A stretch of 64,000 nt of DNA from assembly GCA_013265495.1 (NCBI GenBank), contig MU058387.1, positions 1,054,001-1,118,000 of the forward strand, written 5' to 3'. Source of the stretch: Vicugna vicugna (Eukaryota). The position numbers were made by a program, and so were the translations under genes. Positions 50,960 through 62,615 of the stretch are shown piece after piece. Below the pieces are notes generated by a model that made no database searches, was not told the origin of the DNA, and saw nothing but the letters and a program-made list of their open reading frames with translations. The stretch's first letter is position 1, and every line of letters starts with the position of its first letter.

Positions 50960-51345
50960 TAGTGATATTTAATTATCTTAAATAAAAGGAAATTTGGAGA
51001 TAGTCAGTCCAGAGCTGGTGCATCTCAATAATTTTACCAAGGACGTTCTTCTCCCCCATTGTCTGCAGCATGGCTGCTTTCTTTGACTACAGGCACATTG
51101 AAATGTGGTTTCCACATAGCTGCAACACCTCCAGACACCATGATTGCTTTCAAAGCAAGTAATCAAGGGCGATGTTGATAAAAATGGATTTTTCCTCAAG
51201 TGATTTTCTTTCTTTCTTTTTTTTTTTCCAACAAAAGAAGAAAAATAATTCCGAGAAGTGTTTTTCAGAAAACTTTACCTTAGCCTCAGTGGTATGAAAT
51301 GGGTGACATGGCCATTGCTGGATGAAAATGTGGCTATCTGGCAAA
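50960..51345 (-). mobile_element. Old MLT1 (J/K-like) LTR fragment
   Basis: GTCAGTCCAGAGCTGGT...CCAAGGAC...ATAGCTGCAACACCTCCAGACACCATG...GGGTGACATGGCCA. Confidence 0.55.
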
Positions 51346-52134
51346 GAAGTATGTAGGCATAGATAGTTACTACCAGTTTCTGGAGTTGAGCAAATAATAG
51401 AACTGTCATATTTTAGCCTGGAAAAACAGGTAGAATGGCTATTGGTTAAAAGTCAGAAAGTGTGTGGCATCAACCTGTGACATTAATGTAGTACATGGTG
51501 GATAGTATATGATAATAAAATAGTAAATTAACATGTGAACATGAGCAAACTCTGATGCTAAAACACAGCTATTCAATAAACAGTGGTAAGTTAAAATGGT
51601 GGTGTATATCCTTTCGTTCATTTATTCATCCATTTAGCAGCTAATTATTGAATGTTTGTATCGGCATTATGCTAAGACTTCGGTATATATTAGTGAATCG
51701 ACTGAACTTTGCCCCAGTGAAGCTGAAATTTAATGGTCGATCCAGTAAAAATTGATCAAACTCTGGGAAATCGAATATACTTAAATATCACCAGTAGTAT
51801 TTAAAATAAATTGCTGCAGTTTCCTCAGAGATAAATCTTGAAACTCTTAACAACATCTGTAAAACTATAGGGTCGTTTTTATGAATGTACTTCGATTGTT
51901 CAAAGTTTTTTTTTTTTTTCCTGAAATGTACATTACAATTTAATGAAACACTGGAAACATCCAGATACCTAATCGCAAGTGAACAGTTTATTAAGTTGTG
52001 CTTCATCCATGCATTAAAATGCAATATGGCTATTAAAATCATGATGTTTAGGGCAATAAGCTTGTATAGAAATGCGTATATACAATAAGTGAAAAAGCAG
52101 ATCAAATAAAAATATACTGAAACAATTACAACCT

Positions 52135-52555
52135 TCCTTGGCTCTCATGGATTTGAGAGCTCCTTTTTTAAGTTACCTAAGAAATGTCTCCTCTTCTTTA
52201 GTGGAATATTATCAATAACATGTCTGCTGGGATGTCTTCCCTGGTCCTTCTCCTATTTAATTCATTGATTTTCCTCTTAGCACTAATAATCTTTTTATTA
52301 ATTCATATTTTATATATTATTGTAATATATCAAAGTCAGCTTTGTATGCTTCTATCTCTCTGATTTGTCAACACCTCTTGAAAGGACAAAGCAATCTGTC
52401 ATTCACCTCTATATTCCTGGGGCCTGAGAGATGACATCTCATTCTTGTGTTCTCATTATCTACAAACACATCTGTTATGGGGAAGGTGATCAAACATTGG
52501 TGACTGAATGATGCTAGCCAGTGCCCAATAAATGCCGGCTGAGTGAGTGAATGGA
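52135..52555 (+). mobile_element. L2 3' fragment
   Basis: GATGTCTTCCCTGGTCC...CTCTTGAAAGGACAAAG...GTCATTCACCTCTATATTCCTGGGGCCT...CCCAATAAATG...TGAGTGAATG. Confidence 0.55.
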
Positions 52556-53491
52556 TCCTTATAGAATTTCAATCAAATTGATGATCAGTATTGAATTTCA
52601 ATTTGCTTAATAAAATGTAATGTTCATTTTTTTTTCTGGAAAAAATGTAACATTTTGACTACTTTACATACAAAATGTTTTTATGATGTGACATCTAATC
52701 AAATATATACAGAGCATTGAGTATCTTTTTTTTTTTTTTAACTGGCGTTAATTTATCTGAACCTTCATCTCTGGCCTACTGAACACAATATCATACCTAA
52801 CTCAGATTTGCTTGATTAAGTCTGCTGTGTAGTTGGCCAGACTGGCTGCTGTTAATGTTGCTCATTATTCTTAAATAACTATGTGTACTTTCTTCCCCAG
52901 TTTAAGATCTGGGATAACTGTACACTTGTTCTTTGTCGTTTTGCATCTACATGAAAGCCGAACAAGGAGGACCATGGTTTCATATGCAATGAAATAAGAG
53001 AACAGGATCTCCTCCTCTTTTATTATTTCCCTCCCAACAGGTTACAAGAAAAAGTTAATTGATATTGTATCCTTACACACATTACAGGAGAGTGTATTTT
53101 ATTTAAAGATACTGAAGGCGAAGTTTTCTCAGTTGTCCACTTGAATTAACAGCAGGCGTAAACAAAGGAAAGAGCACTGAATAAGTGGTTCGAGGAAGAA
53201 CGTGTATATCCAAGTTCTGCTAGAGTCTCTGAAATTGACCTAAAATATCCTAGATCTCTATCCCAAAGTGTTAATTACAGTGCCAGAGCATTTCTATTTT
53301 TTCCTTTCTTCTGTGGGGGATTTAATATTTTATCCAATGAAGACAGCCATCTAGATGGCTTTAAAAACTGCTGACAAAGACAGGCTGATCTGGGTCTTTG
53401 ATGTCGAATAAACAGTACTGTTTTCATTACGTGTGTTTCTACAAATCTCCATGAAAAATTAAGGTTGGGCTCCTTTTGAGGACTAGAGGTA

Positions 53492-53494
<3 letters not shown>

Positions 53495-53534
<40 letters not shown>
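53495..53534. repeat. (GT)20 microsatellite
   Basis: Perfect run read directly. Confidence 0.98.
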
Positions 53535-53535
<1 letters not shown>

Positions 53536-54879
53536 GTGGTACCGAGGAGGTGGGGGAGTGATATGAAAGGATACAATACAAAAGGGAAGACTTCTGTCCC
53601 CCTTCTCTTAGCCAAATAGTTTAGGTTTAACTGCCCTTGTTTTTGTTGGACCTGAATAGAAAAGTAAGGCATTTTAATCTTCTTTGTCAAAACACACAGT
53701 CTTATGGAAATTTAAGTCAACAGCTGTTAGACTGTCAAGTCACAAGCTAAATTCAAGTCTGAGAAAAGAAGAAAATCTGTTTAAATGAAAGCTTGTTTGA
53801 ATGAAGGCCATGGGTTTCAGCATTTGTGTTTGAAAAAAAATTTGAACTGTTACTAAAGTAAAGGATCTTTTCCTAGGATGACCTTTCTTTGTTGAAAATG
53901 TTGGAAAATCAATATTCAACATGAAATCAGAAACTGAAGTGTGTCGACTGTAGGATTGCCAGAAGGTTGAGGGAATTGAACACCATCAACTCAAGAACTC
54001 CTCAAGGTCACAGGTTTGACATAACACAATTCCCAGTATATAGGAAGTGTTCTAGAAAAATGCATGTTGGCATACTGAACAAAAGGACCAGGCAAAGAAA
54101 TCAAGTGGTCACCTTTTTTTTTTCTCATTTTCTGAAGGCCTTATATAATTGAGTTCTACTTTAGAAAGATTAATGATAGTTGGCAGGATATATAGTTGTG
54201 TGAAAGATAGGTAATTGTTTGAATGTTTTTTAATAGTTCAGAAAATTAAGATATAAACTCTTGGTCGAGTGGGAATAGCCTGTCTCATTATAATACTGAT
54301 TAATAGGTTGATTTTTTTTCATTTATGATAAAAATCTGTGTTCATATGTGTTCTGTTTGAAAAGGTATGATAAGGTAATGTAATTTTTTTTCCAAAGTAG
54401 ACTGTCTGGCTGCAAGACTTTGCATCTCATAAATATAATGACCTTGATGAAAAGATACTGATTTAAAGACTGGACATCAGATTTGCAGATGCAGAAAATC
54501 AATTGTGTTAATATACTAAAAACTCATCATACTCTTACAATGACTCACGCTAAAAAGACTTAGGGAGGACTAATATATAAATAAAATAGTAATATATTAA
54601 TTTATTATGGTGGTAGTTTCTCTAACCACATTTATCCCAGCTGTATCTCATATAGACAGAGTTGCAAACTACTGGGACTATAGTCATTCCTGCTGAAAGA
54701 GTCAAATGATCAGATCCCTACGTTCAAATAACACTCTACTCAAAGGGGTTCTCCATCCATCATTGCTCTCTTTTCTGTTTAAATTGGCCAATGCCCCATG
54801 TGCAAGGCTTAGGAATTTTTTTCATCCTGTACTGTACTCCTGGACTCCCCAGTGTTCTGCACGTTCTTTCCCTAGACCC

Positions 54880-55945
54880 AGCTCTCCACCACACCCTTAC
54901 CTCCAAAAACTTTTGCCACCATTATTTGTAGAACTATCAATCTGGACTCATCAAAAAAACCCTATCATTAGCTTCTTCACTTCTTTGCCATAAGTGAAAC
55001 TTGACTCAGCAGAAGATACCACTTTAACTTGCCCTCTTAAATACCAGCAGCTTATTTTCCCACATCCGTACCGCTGGAGAGTGAGGTAGTCTTTCTGTGT
55101 TCCATACGCTCCAGTAGTACTTCTAGCAATGAGTTCCCCACTCTCTTGTGAACACATACAAATACGTGTACACTTCAATTCATCTGAGATCCATGACATT
55201 TCACTGTACATTTCTCGCCGCCTTCTTATTGTCATCATCCACAGGAACGTCTAGTATACTTCCTGTTATTTATCAAAACTTTTAGTGACTGTCTCATTAA
55301 CGTGGTCCCCACCCAAAGCCTGCCTTTCCCATCCTTGGTGGCACCAGTGTAAACGTGGACTCTCTAATGTCCTCATCTCCAAAGACTTTGTCTCAGCCAC
55401 TATCACTCACATTCTGAATTTTATCATAGATGTTGATTATTTTTACTACAGAATCACTAAATTCAGGTATCACAGTCTCAGAGTACAACCTGCTTTCCTA
55501 GCTGTGGTTGTCTCCGGAGGCAGTGAAAGTCCCAGTTCATCGCCTTTCTATATTCATGTGTTCCTCTACACATCTCATTTTTGTTATCAACATTCCTTTC
55601 CAGTCGTAAACACTTGCAGTAAATTTTACTCCAAGTTTATTCTCTATGATTTCCTTACTATATTGAAAGTGTCAGATCTTTTTCACATTTTTCAAAACTG
55701 GAACACAGCAATGACTCCCAGTCTTCAACAGAAAAACCATTTTATTTCTTAGTGCATAGAAAAAATGTGATGATATCTCCCTCACTTTCCCACTTCCAAG
55801 GATACAAATACAAAACAACTTCCACCTGCCTCTGTTTTGTCCCTTCTTCCTCTGCTTCAGCACATGCACTTGGAGATTATTCCCCTGTTCCATCCTCAGA
55901 AACCTTTTCTTACAGAGTTCTCCATTATCTTTTTCAGCATTTTAA
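54880..55945 (+). mobile_element. L2 ORF remnant (endonuclease region onward)
   Basis: Pyrimidine-rich; ~54975-55007 translates LHFFAISET*L, an APE endonuclease A.TETWL-like motif; CTTCCACCTGCCTCTG...GCACTTGGAG...TCC L2 motifs. Confidence 0.7.
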
Positions 55946-55979
55946 AAAATAAAGTGCATATTCATATTCCCTTTTCTTT

Positions 55980-56066
55980 TTTTTTTTTAATGGAGGTACT
56001 GGGGATTGAACCCAGGACCTTGTGCATGCTAGGCACACTTTTCTGCCACTGAGCTATATCCTCCCC
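55980..56066 (-). mobile_element. tRNA-derived short SINE, camelid (Vic-1-like) type
   Basis: Minus strand GGGGAGGATATAGCTCAGTGGCAGAAAAGTGTGCCTAGCATGCACAAGGTCCTGGGTTCAATCCCCAGTACCTCCATT plus polyA. A box TAGCTCAGTGG, B box GGTTCAATCC. Degenerate TSD ATTCCCTTTTCTTT (55966-55979) / ATTCCATTATCTTT (56067-56080). Confidence 0.9.
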
Positions 56067-57274
56067 ATTCCATTATCTTTTATATATTTACCAACATCCT
56101 CACAGTCAGATCCTTGCATCTGCATCTACATATATATGTATATATACATGTACAACATATAAATATATGTAATACGTATTTATAGTTGTTCCACTTTAAT
56201 TTTGCTTTTTAATTTCACAGATTTTTTTTACTTTGATCTCTATTTATAAATAGAAAGCTCAAAATACACTTTTATTTAGCTTACTGAATATTAAATAAGT
56301 TAAAATGCCTCAAAAGTTTCTTTTTTAACTTGAAAATGAAACTTCTTTATGTGCTTGGAAAAATCATAACTGTTAGTTTACAGATAAGAACTTTGCAAAT
56401 CTTCTAAGGACAGATTTTTCTCTTCATATGACACTTTGATATAAATTAAGATCTATTATATACAAATGAAAAACTATTGTTAAAACAACAGTCCTTCCTC
56501 TAGTGAAATATATGTGAAACTGTCTCTTCTGTTCACAGTGGCATCTTGTTCCACAGTGGGAAATAACAATCAAATGTCTATAATTCTTTCCTACTGCCTC
56601 TGCTCCTATTGTGTATATTTTCTTTTGATGCTGGAAAGAAAATTTAACTAACCAAGTAACTATAAACACACATGCATGCATTTGTATGTACATATACATA
56701 TAGATGTATGAATATTTGCATATCTTTGTGTATATCTGCACACATGTTTATGGCACAATAATAATAATACATATAGTATTTACGTGGCTCCCCCTCACCT
56801 GCAATTGTAGAAGTGGCTGTTGTTCTTAAAAAAGCCTTTATTTACAGATATCCCCAAGATTTGTTCCCTTGTGTGCACAGGAACTCGATTTCTCTCCTTT
56901 TGTGTATCATCTACCACTTGTTTTCTTCTTTTATTTGTCCTGGGGGGAGATGCTGCAGTGCAGGAACAGGGCACTGACTTTAGCAGTGAGTCAGTCGTTA
57001 ACAGTTGATTTGCAGGCTCTGTGGTTCTCTGTAGCTTCTACTCTGGACCCTTCCTGATGTCTGAGACAGGATGCTGATAACCTTACATTCGCGTGGAATC
57101 CCATTACATCACAACTTTTGCTGCTGCTTTTCAGTTCTGCACAAGCCACAGACGTTATCAGCACCTGCCAAAAGACACACTGGGCTGTCCCCAGAAATGA
57201 AAATTCTCACCCTATGTCTTATTAACCTCAAAAGGCCAGGACCACAAGTGGCCTCTCTTGGCATAGACTGCGAT

Positions 57275-57605
57275 TCAAAGTGCCTACTATGTACCAGACA
57301 GGGTGCTGATTTTGGAATAGAAGGATCAATTGATGTAAATCCTAGTCTGACAGATTTTATTGCACAGCATGGGAGAGAGGTGTGTGAACAACTAATGTGG
57401 CCATGGCTCTAATGAAAAAATGTTGAAAGTAATAATGTATGTAATAACAGCACAAAGGAAGATATTTTATTTTGCCTGAACATTAAAGTTAGTTACAGAA
57501 GACAGAGTCTTTAACTGTGTCTTTGATGATTAGAATAAATTCACCTGAAAGAGAAGACAGAAAGCAATTGCAAGCACCAAACTGAACGAGCAAAAGAAGC
57601 AAGTC
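57275..57605 (-). mobile_element. L2 3' fragment
   Basis: AGTGCCTACTATGTACCAGACAGGGTGCT... antisense L2 tail. Confidence 0.7.
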
Positions 57606-57657
57606 ATTAATATTTATTCATGTGGTAGGGATTATAGACTATTCTGACCTGATTAGA

Positions 57658-57940
57658 CTAGAGGTTAAAATCTCAAATACCTTTATGGCTAAGGACATTT
57701 CTAAAGGCAAACTGGCTAGATGTTGGAATACAGAAAGGGACTATTCAAAAAGAATATATGTGCAGGACTTGTGTAATCCAGTCTGTGAAAGAAGTTTCTA
57801 ATGTTTACTCCCCATAATTGTTACCATGTTGAAGCGATGGTTTGGCAAGGACAGATTTTTTAATTTTACTAGAGACACTGAAACAATATGGATTTTTTAG
57901 TGTAAAATATCCAGTTTTAAAATATTGGCAACTAATTATG
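57658..57940. mobile_element. MER45-like hAT-Tip100 DNA transposon fragment
   Basis: CTCAAATACCT...; TTGTTACCATGT...GGATTTTTTAGTGTAAAATATCCAGTTTTAAAATATTGGCAACTAATT. Confidence 0.6.
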
Positions 57941-57944
57941 CCCC

Positions 57945-60900
57945 TCCCTCAAACTCAGTGCAGAATAAGCAAGTGAATGCTACCAAATTCAAGCTTTTCT
58001 CCTGGAGCAAAGGAAGAGGTGGAGGATCCACCCAGCTTTCTAGCTTTCTGAGGGGCTTCCTGAGGGACCTGTCTTGCCTGTCTTGATGCACTGACACTGG
58101 ACAGACACCAGACAGTGTCAGAGATTATAAACTCTCTAAAAACAAAAACAAAAACCAAACAAACAAGAAACCTGGCAAATGCCTCTAGGAATTTACATGC
58201 ACAAGTCCAGCGAAGACACATCCACAGAAAATGTTGGAGGGAGGGGCCCCCACAATCTCTTGTCAGTCTGATTGGTGAAGGTCTTTTCCATATGAAGCCA
58301 GTCTGTAAAGACAAGAAATGGTGACTGTTTCAGCAAATGCATTGAATACCAACATAAGGTGTCAAGGAACACAAAGAGATAGAGAAACATGGCGCAAACA
58401 AGGAACAAAATGAATCTTCAGAAATCAGTCCTAAGGAAATAGAGATATGAATTACTTGACAAAGATTTCAAAATGACCATCATAAATATGCTTAAAGAGC
58501 TCAGAAAATGAAGAATGAATAAAATGAACATTTCAAGAAAGAGAGGAAATATATATTTTAAAAAGACTGAAAATTTGGGCTGAAGAATGTAATGACTTGA
58601 TGGAAAAAATCACTAGAGGGTTTCAAAAGCAGACTTGATTAAGCAGATAAAGGAATTTTTTAATTCAAAGGTAAATCATTTGAAATTATCAGACCAACAA
58701 AAAATAAATAAAAGAGGGAGTTTAAGGGTTTTATGAGAAACCATCAAACTGAGCAATATATGCATTATGGTAATACCAGAAGAAAAAGAGAGAAAAAGAA
58801 GTAGAGACACTACTTTGAAAAATAATGGCTGAAATTTCTAAAATCTGGGGAAAGAAATAGATAACCAGATTCAACAGGCTCAAAATTTCCAAATAAGAAA
58901 AAACCAAAGACGTCCACATGAAGATTCATTATAATCGAAGGCAAAGGTTGACTTCAAAGGTTTCAGTCAAAGGTTGAAATCAAAAACAAAGAGAGAATTT
59001 TGAATGCAGCAAATGAAAAGCGCCTTGCCACAGACAAGGGAACCACCATAAGACACTAATGATTTCTCAGAAGAAGCTCTGTAGGCCAGAAAGGGGTGAG
59101 GTGATATATTCGAAAGTGGTGAAAATAAGCTTACCAATCAAGAATATTATATCTGGCAAAACTATCCTTCAGAAACAGAAAAATAAAAACTTTCCCAGAT
59201 AAGCAAGAGTTGAGAGAGTCCATCACCACTAGGCCAGACTTTACAAGAAAATCTAAAGGGAGTCCTTCAAGTTGAAATAAAATGAAATAAAAGGACACTG
59301 AATGAAAGCATCAGTAACATGAACGTATCTAAAAGAATAAAACTTGCCAGTAAAGGTAAACATATAGAAAATAGAGAATACTGTAGTGTTGTACTAATAG
59401 CATGTGAATCACTGTTAATTCTGGTATAGAAGTTAAAAGACAAAAGTATATGAATAACTATAACTATAAAATATGTTAAAAAGTGTACAATGTAAAAGGA
59501 TGTAACTTGGGACATCAACAACATTATGTATGCCAGGGAGAGAAATAGAAGTATTGAATTTTTGTATGTGATTGAAGTTCAGTTATTATCAGCTGAAAAC
59601 AGATTGCTGTAACTATGAGATGTTTTGTGTAAGCCTCATGGTAAGCATAAAGAAAATACCTATGGAAGATAAACAAAATAAAATGAAGAAAGAATCAAAT
59701 CAGTTCACTATAAAAAAAACAACAAAATGCAAAAGAAGACAGCAAGAGACCAAAAGAAACAAAAAATACCACAAGACAGAAAATTGGTAACAAAATGGCA
59801 ATAATATCTCTCCATCAATACTTACTTCAAATATAAATGGATTAAATTCCCCATTCAAAAGATAAAGCTGATTGGGTTAAAAAGGAAAAAAAAAAGGTAC
59901 ATGCTGTGTAAAAGAGAATCCAAAGCAACTATAAGCAAGTGGAACTACATCCATCTAAACAATCAACAGAGTGGAAAAGCAACCTACGGAATGGGGAGAA
60001 AATATTTGAAAACAGTGTATCTGTAACTGGTTAATATCTAAAATATTCAAGGAACTTCAGTAACAGAAACAAATAAATAACTTGATTAACATATAGGTGA
60101 AGGAACTGAATAGATAGTTTTTCCTTAGAAGACATACAAGCGGCCCTCAGGTTTTTGAAAATTTGCTCACCTCTAATTATCAAAGAAATTCACATCAAAA
60201 CTGCAATGAGATATCATCTCACATCTGGTAGAATGGTCATTATCAAAAAATTTAAAAAGATAATGAATGTTGACAAGTATGTGGAAAAATTGAAGCCCTT
60301 GTGCACTGTTGGGAAAATAAAATGATGTAGCCTTTGTGGAAAACAGCATGGTGTTTCCTCAAAAAAATAAAATAAAATAAAGTAAAAAAGAGAGCTATCA
60401 TGTAATCCAGCAATCCTACTTCTGAGTATCTATCTAAAATAGAAATCAGGATCTCAGTGAGATAGTTTTTATCCCATATGCATTGCAGCATTATTCACAA
60501 TAGCCAAGACGTGGGCACAATCTAAATGCCCATCAATGGATGAAGAGATAAAGACAATGTGGTATGTATATACAATGAAGTATTTTTCATCCTTTTAAAG
60601 TAATGAAATTCTATCATTTACAATATCATGGGTGAACTATAAAGACATTAAGTGAAATGAAGTAAGCCTGTCACAGAGAGATAATACTCTCTGATTCCTC
60701 TTACACGAGGTCTCTGACGTAGTCATACTCACAGAAGCAGCAGCAGAATTGTGGTTTTCTTGGACTCCGGGGAAAGGAGCAGTTGCTATTCAATGAGTAT
60801 GAAATCTCAGTTATGCAAGATGAAAAAGTTCTAGAGGTCTGATGTACAACATTGTGCTTATAGTTAGTAATACCGGTTTGCATACTAAAAATTTTGATGA

Positions 60901-60968
60901 GAGGCTAAATCTCATGTTATGTGCTTTTTTTTTCCCACCTCAACAAACAAACAAACAAAAAAAGAAAA
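57945..60968 (+). mobile_element. L1 (L1MA10/L1MB-type) with 5' UTR, ORF1, internally deleted ORF2, 3' UTR and A-rich tail
   Basis: ORF1 motifs (AAAATAATGGCTGAAATTT, GATTTCTCAGAAGAA, AAGAATATTATATCTGGCAAAACTATCCTTCA). ORF2 start AAATATAAATGGATTAAATTCCCCATTCAAAAGA (NINGLNSPFKR). ORF2 C-terminal AAGCAACCTACGGAATGGG. 3' CAGTTATGCAAGATGAAAAAGTTCTAGAG and a (CAAA)n tail. Confidence 0.92.
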
Positions 60969-62148
60969 TGCATTGATGGATTTATTGTTAAAGATCATTT
61001 CACCATCTATATATAAGGTTCTTTTCCTCCTAAACTGAATATCATCAAGTCTAGAAGTTGTATTCTGCATTTAACATAAAATAAGCATTGGCTTTCTATT
61101 TACAATTGACGTTGGCCGTCTAATTGGTTGCATTCGCTTCCTAGAAGCTTACGGTTTAGTGCCCATTACCTTGATAGCTCATCTCTCGTGGTGCAGTTTC
61201 ATTACACCTCTGTGGTTTCCTGCACTTCCTCAGGTTTATGATCCAGACATCCTTTCTTCCACAGCTCTTTAGTCAAGGATGAAATTTTCATTATTTTCAG
61301 TGAGAGAGAGGCCAAGTAGCAATTAAGGCTTATTTTTGATGCTGCTGCTAATGTCATTACTATTAGTGGTGGTAAACACTGATTAAATGCCCTTTGTGCA
61401 GTAAACAAAGTAGGATATTGAAAACTGGCATCCTTTCACAGGAAGCTTCTGTCTTCAAAGAACATGATAAACCCCTCCCCCTAAAAATACAGTACTACTT
61501 AAATTTGCAGGAACTATAAAACTTAAACTTGGAGGAATGTCAGTTGACAGCTAACCCAAAGTCTCCTGCTGGATTTGAGTTCCTGTTCTCAACATCCCTT
61601 TGCTGCAACAATTCTGTGCTTTTCCAGGAAGCAAGATCCATTATTTGATAGCTCTAAATATTACAGAATCCTTTCTTTTCTTGAGATAAAATTTGGAATA
61701 AGTTATAAGTGAATTTATCTAAGACAGGGTTATGGTCAAGATAACCTCTGAATATTAGTACCATTATTTTGAACACAACATAGGAATTATTAATTACTCC
61801 TCCCCATGCAGACAGAAAAAGTCTGGTAGTAAGGTTATCAATAGATTGTTGGGAGGCAATTCAGTATAAGGCATAAGGAAGATGCATGAGGCATCTTCGA
61901 GATGATCAGTCTATAGTCTACAGTTGGTGTTTATTTCTTGATCGGGGTAGTAGGGAGGAGAAAACAAAACATAAGAGTGACTCTGCTTCCTGTGTGTAAA
62001 CGCCTAAATTTATCACCAAATTTTTACATAATGTCAAGCTGAGGACATTTTATTTAGAGGCTATTTCTGGGTGTACCTCTGTGGTTTTAAAGAGATTAAT
62101 GCACTTTATTAGAATGTGAATTTTTAAGACAAATAACTCTTTGGATCT

Positions 62149-62615
62149 TGTATTCGCTTTCCAGGACCGCCATAACAGAATGCTGCAAACTGGGTGTCTT
62201 AAACAATAGAACTTTTTGTCTTCTAGTTCTGTAAGCTAGAAGTCCAAGGTTAAAGAGTTGGCAGGGTTGCTTCCTTCTGAGAGCTGTGATGGAGAATCTG
62301 TTCCAAGTCTCTGTCCTAGCTTCTGGTGGTGCGCTGGCATCTTTGGTGTTCTTTGCCTTGTAGATGAGTCAGCAGTATCTCTGTTTCCATGTTCACATAG
62401 TGTTTTCCCTGTGTGTGTATCTCTGTCCGAACGTCTGCTTTTTGTAAGTTTACCAGTCATATTGGGTTAAGAGCTCACCTTACTCCAGCATGACCTCAAC
62501 TTAACTAATTACCTCTGCATCAACGGTATCTCTAAATAAGGTTATATTTTGAGGTGCTGAAGAGGTTAGGGCTTCAACATATGAATTTTTGAAGGACACA
62601 GTTCAACCTATAATA
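62149..62615 (-). mobile_element. MLT1B/C-type MaLR LTR, near full length
   Basis: TGTATT...GCCATAACA...AAACTGGGTGTCTTAAACAA...CTAGAAGTCCAAG...CTAGCTTCTGGTGG...CCAGCATGACCTCA...TTAGGGCTTCAACATATGAATTTT...CAGTTCAACCTATA. Confidence 0.92.

Noticed and set aside
53345..53360. Perfect 16-bp palindrome AGCCATCTAGATGGCT
   Set aside because: On the order of one such palindrome is expected by chance in 64 kb.
55285..55752. Longest ORF (155 aa)
   Set aside because: Lies within a decayed L2, starts at GTG and has no recognisable domain.
55990..56066. Functional tRNA gene
   Set aside because: A polyA tail, a TSD and insertions in the D-arm region show it is a tRNA-derived SINE.
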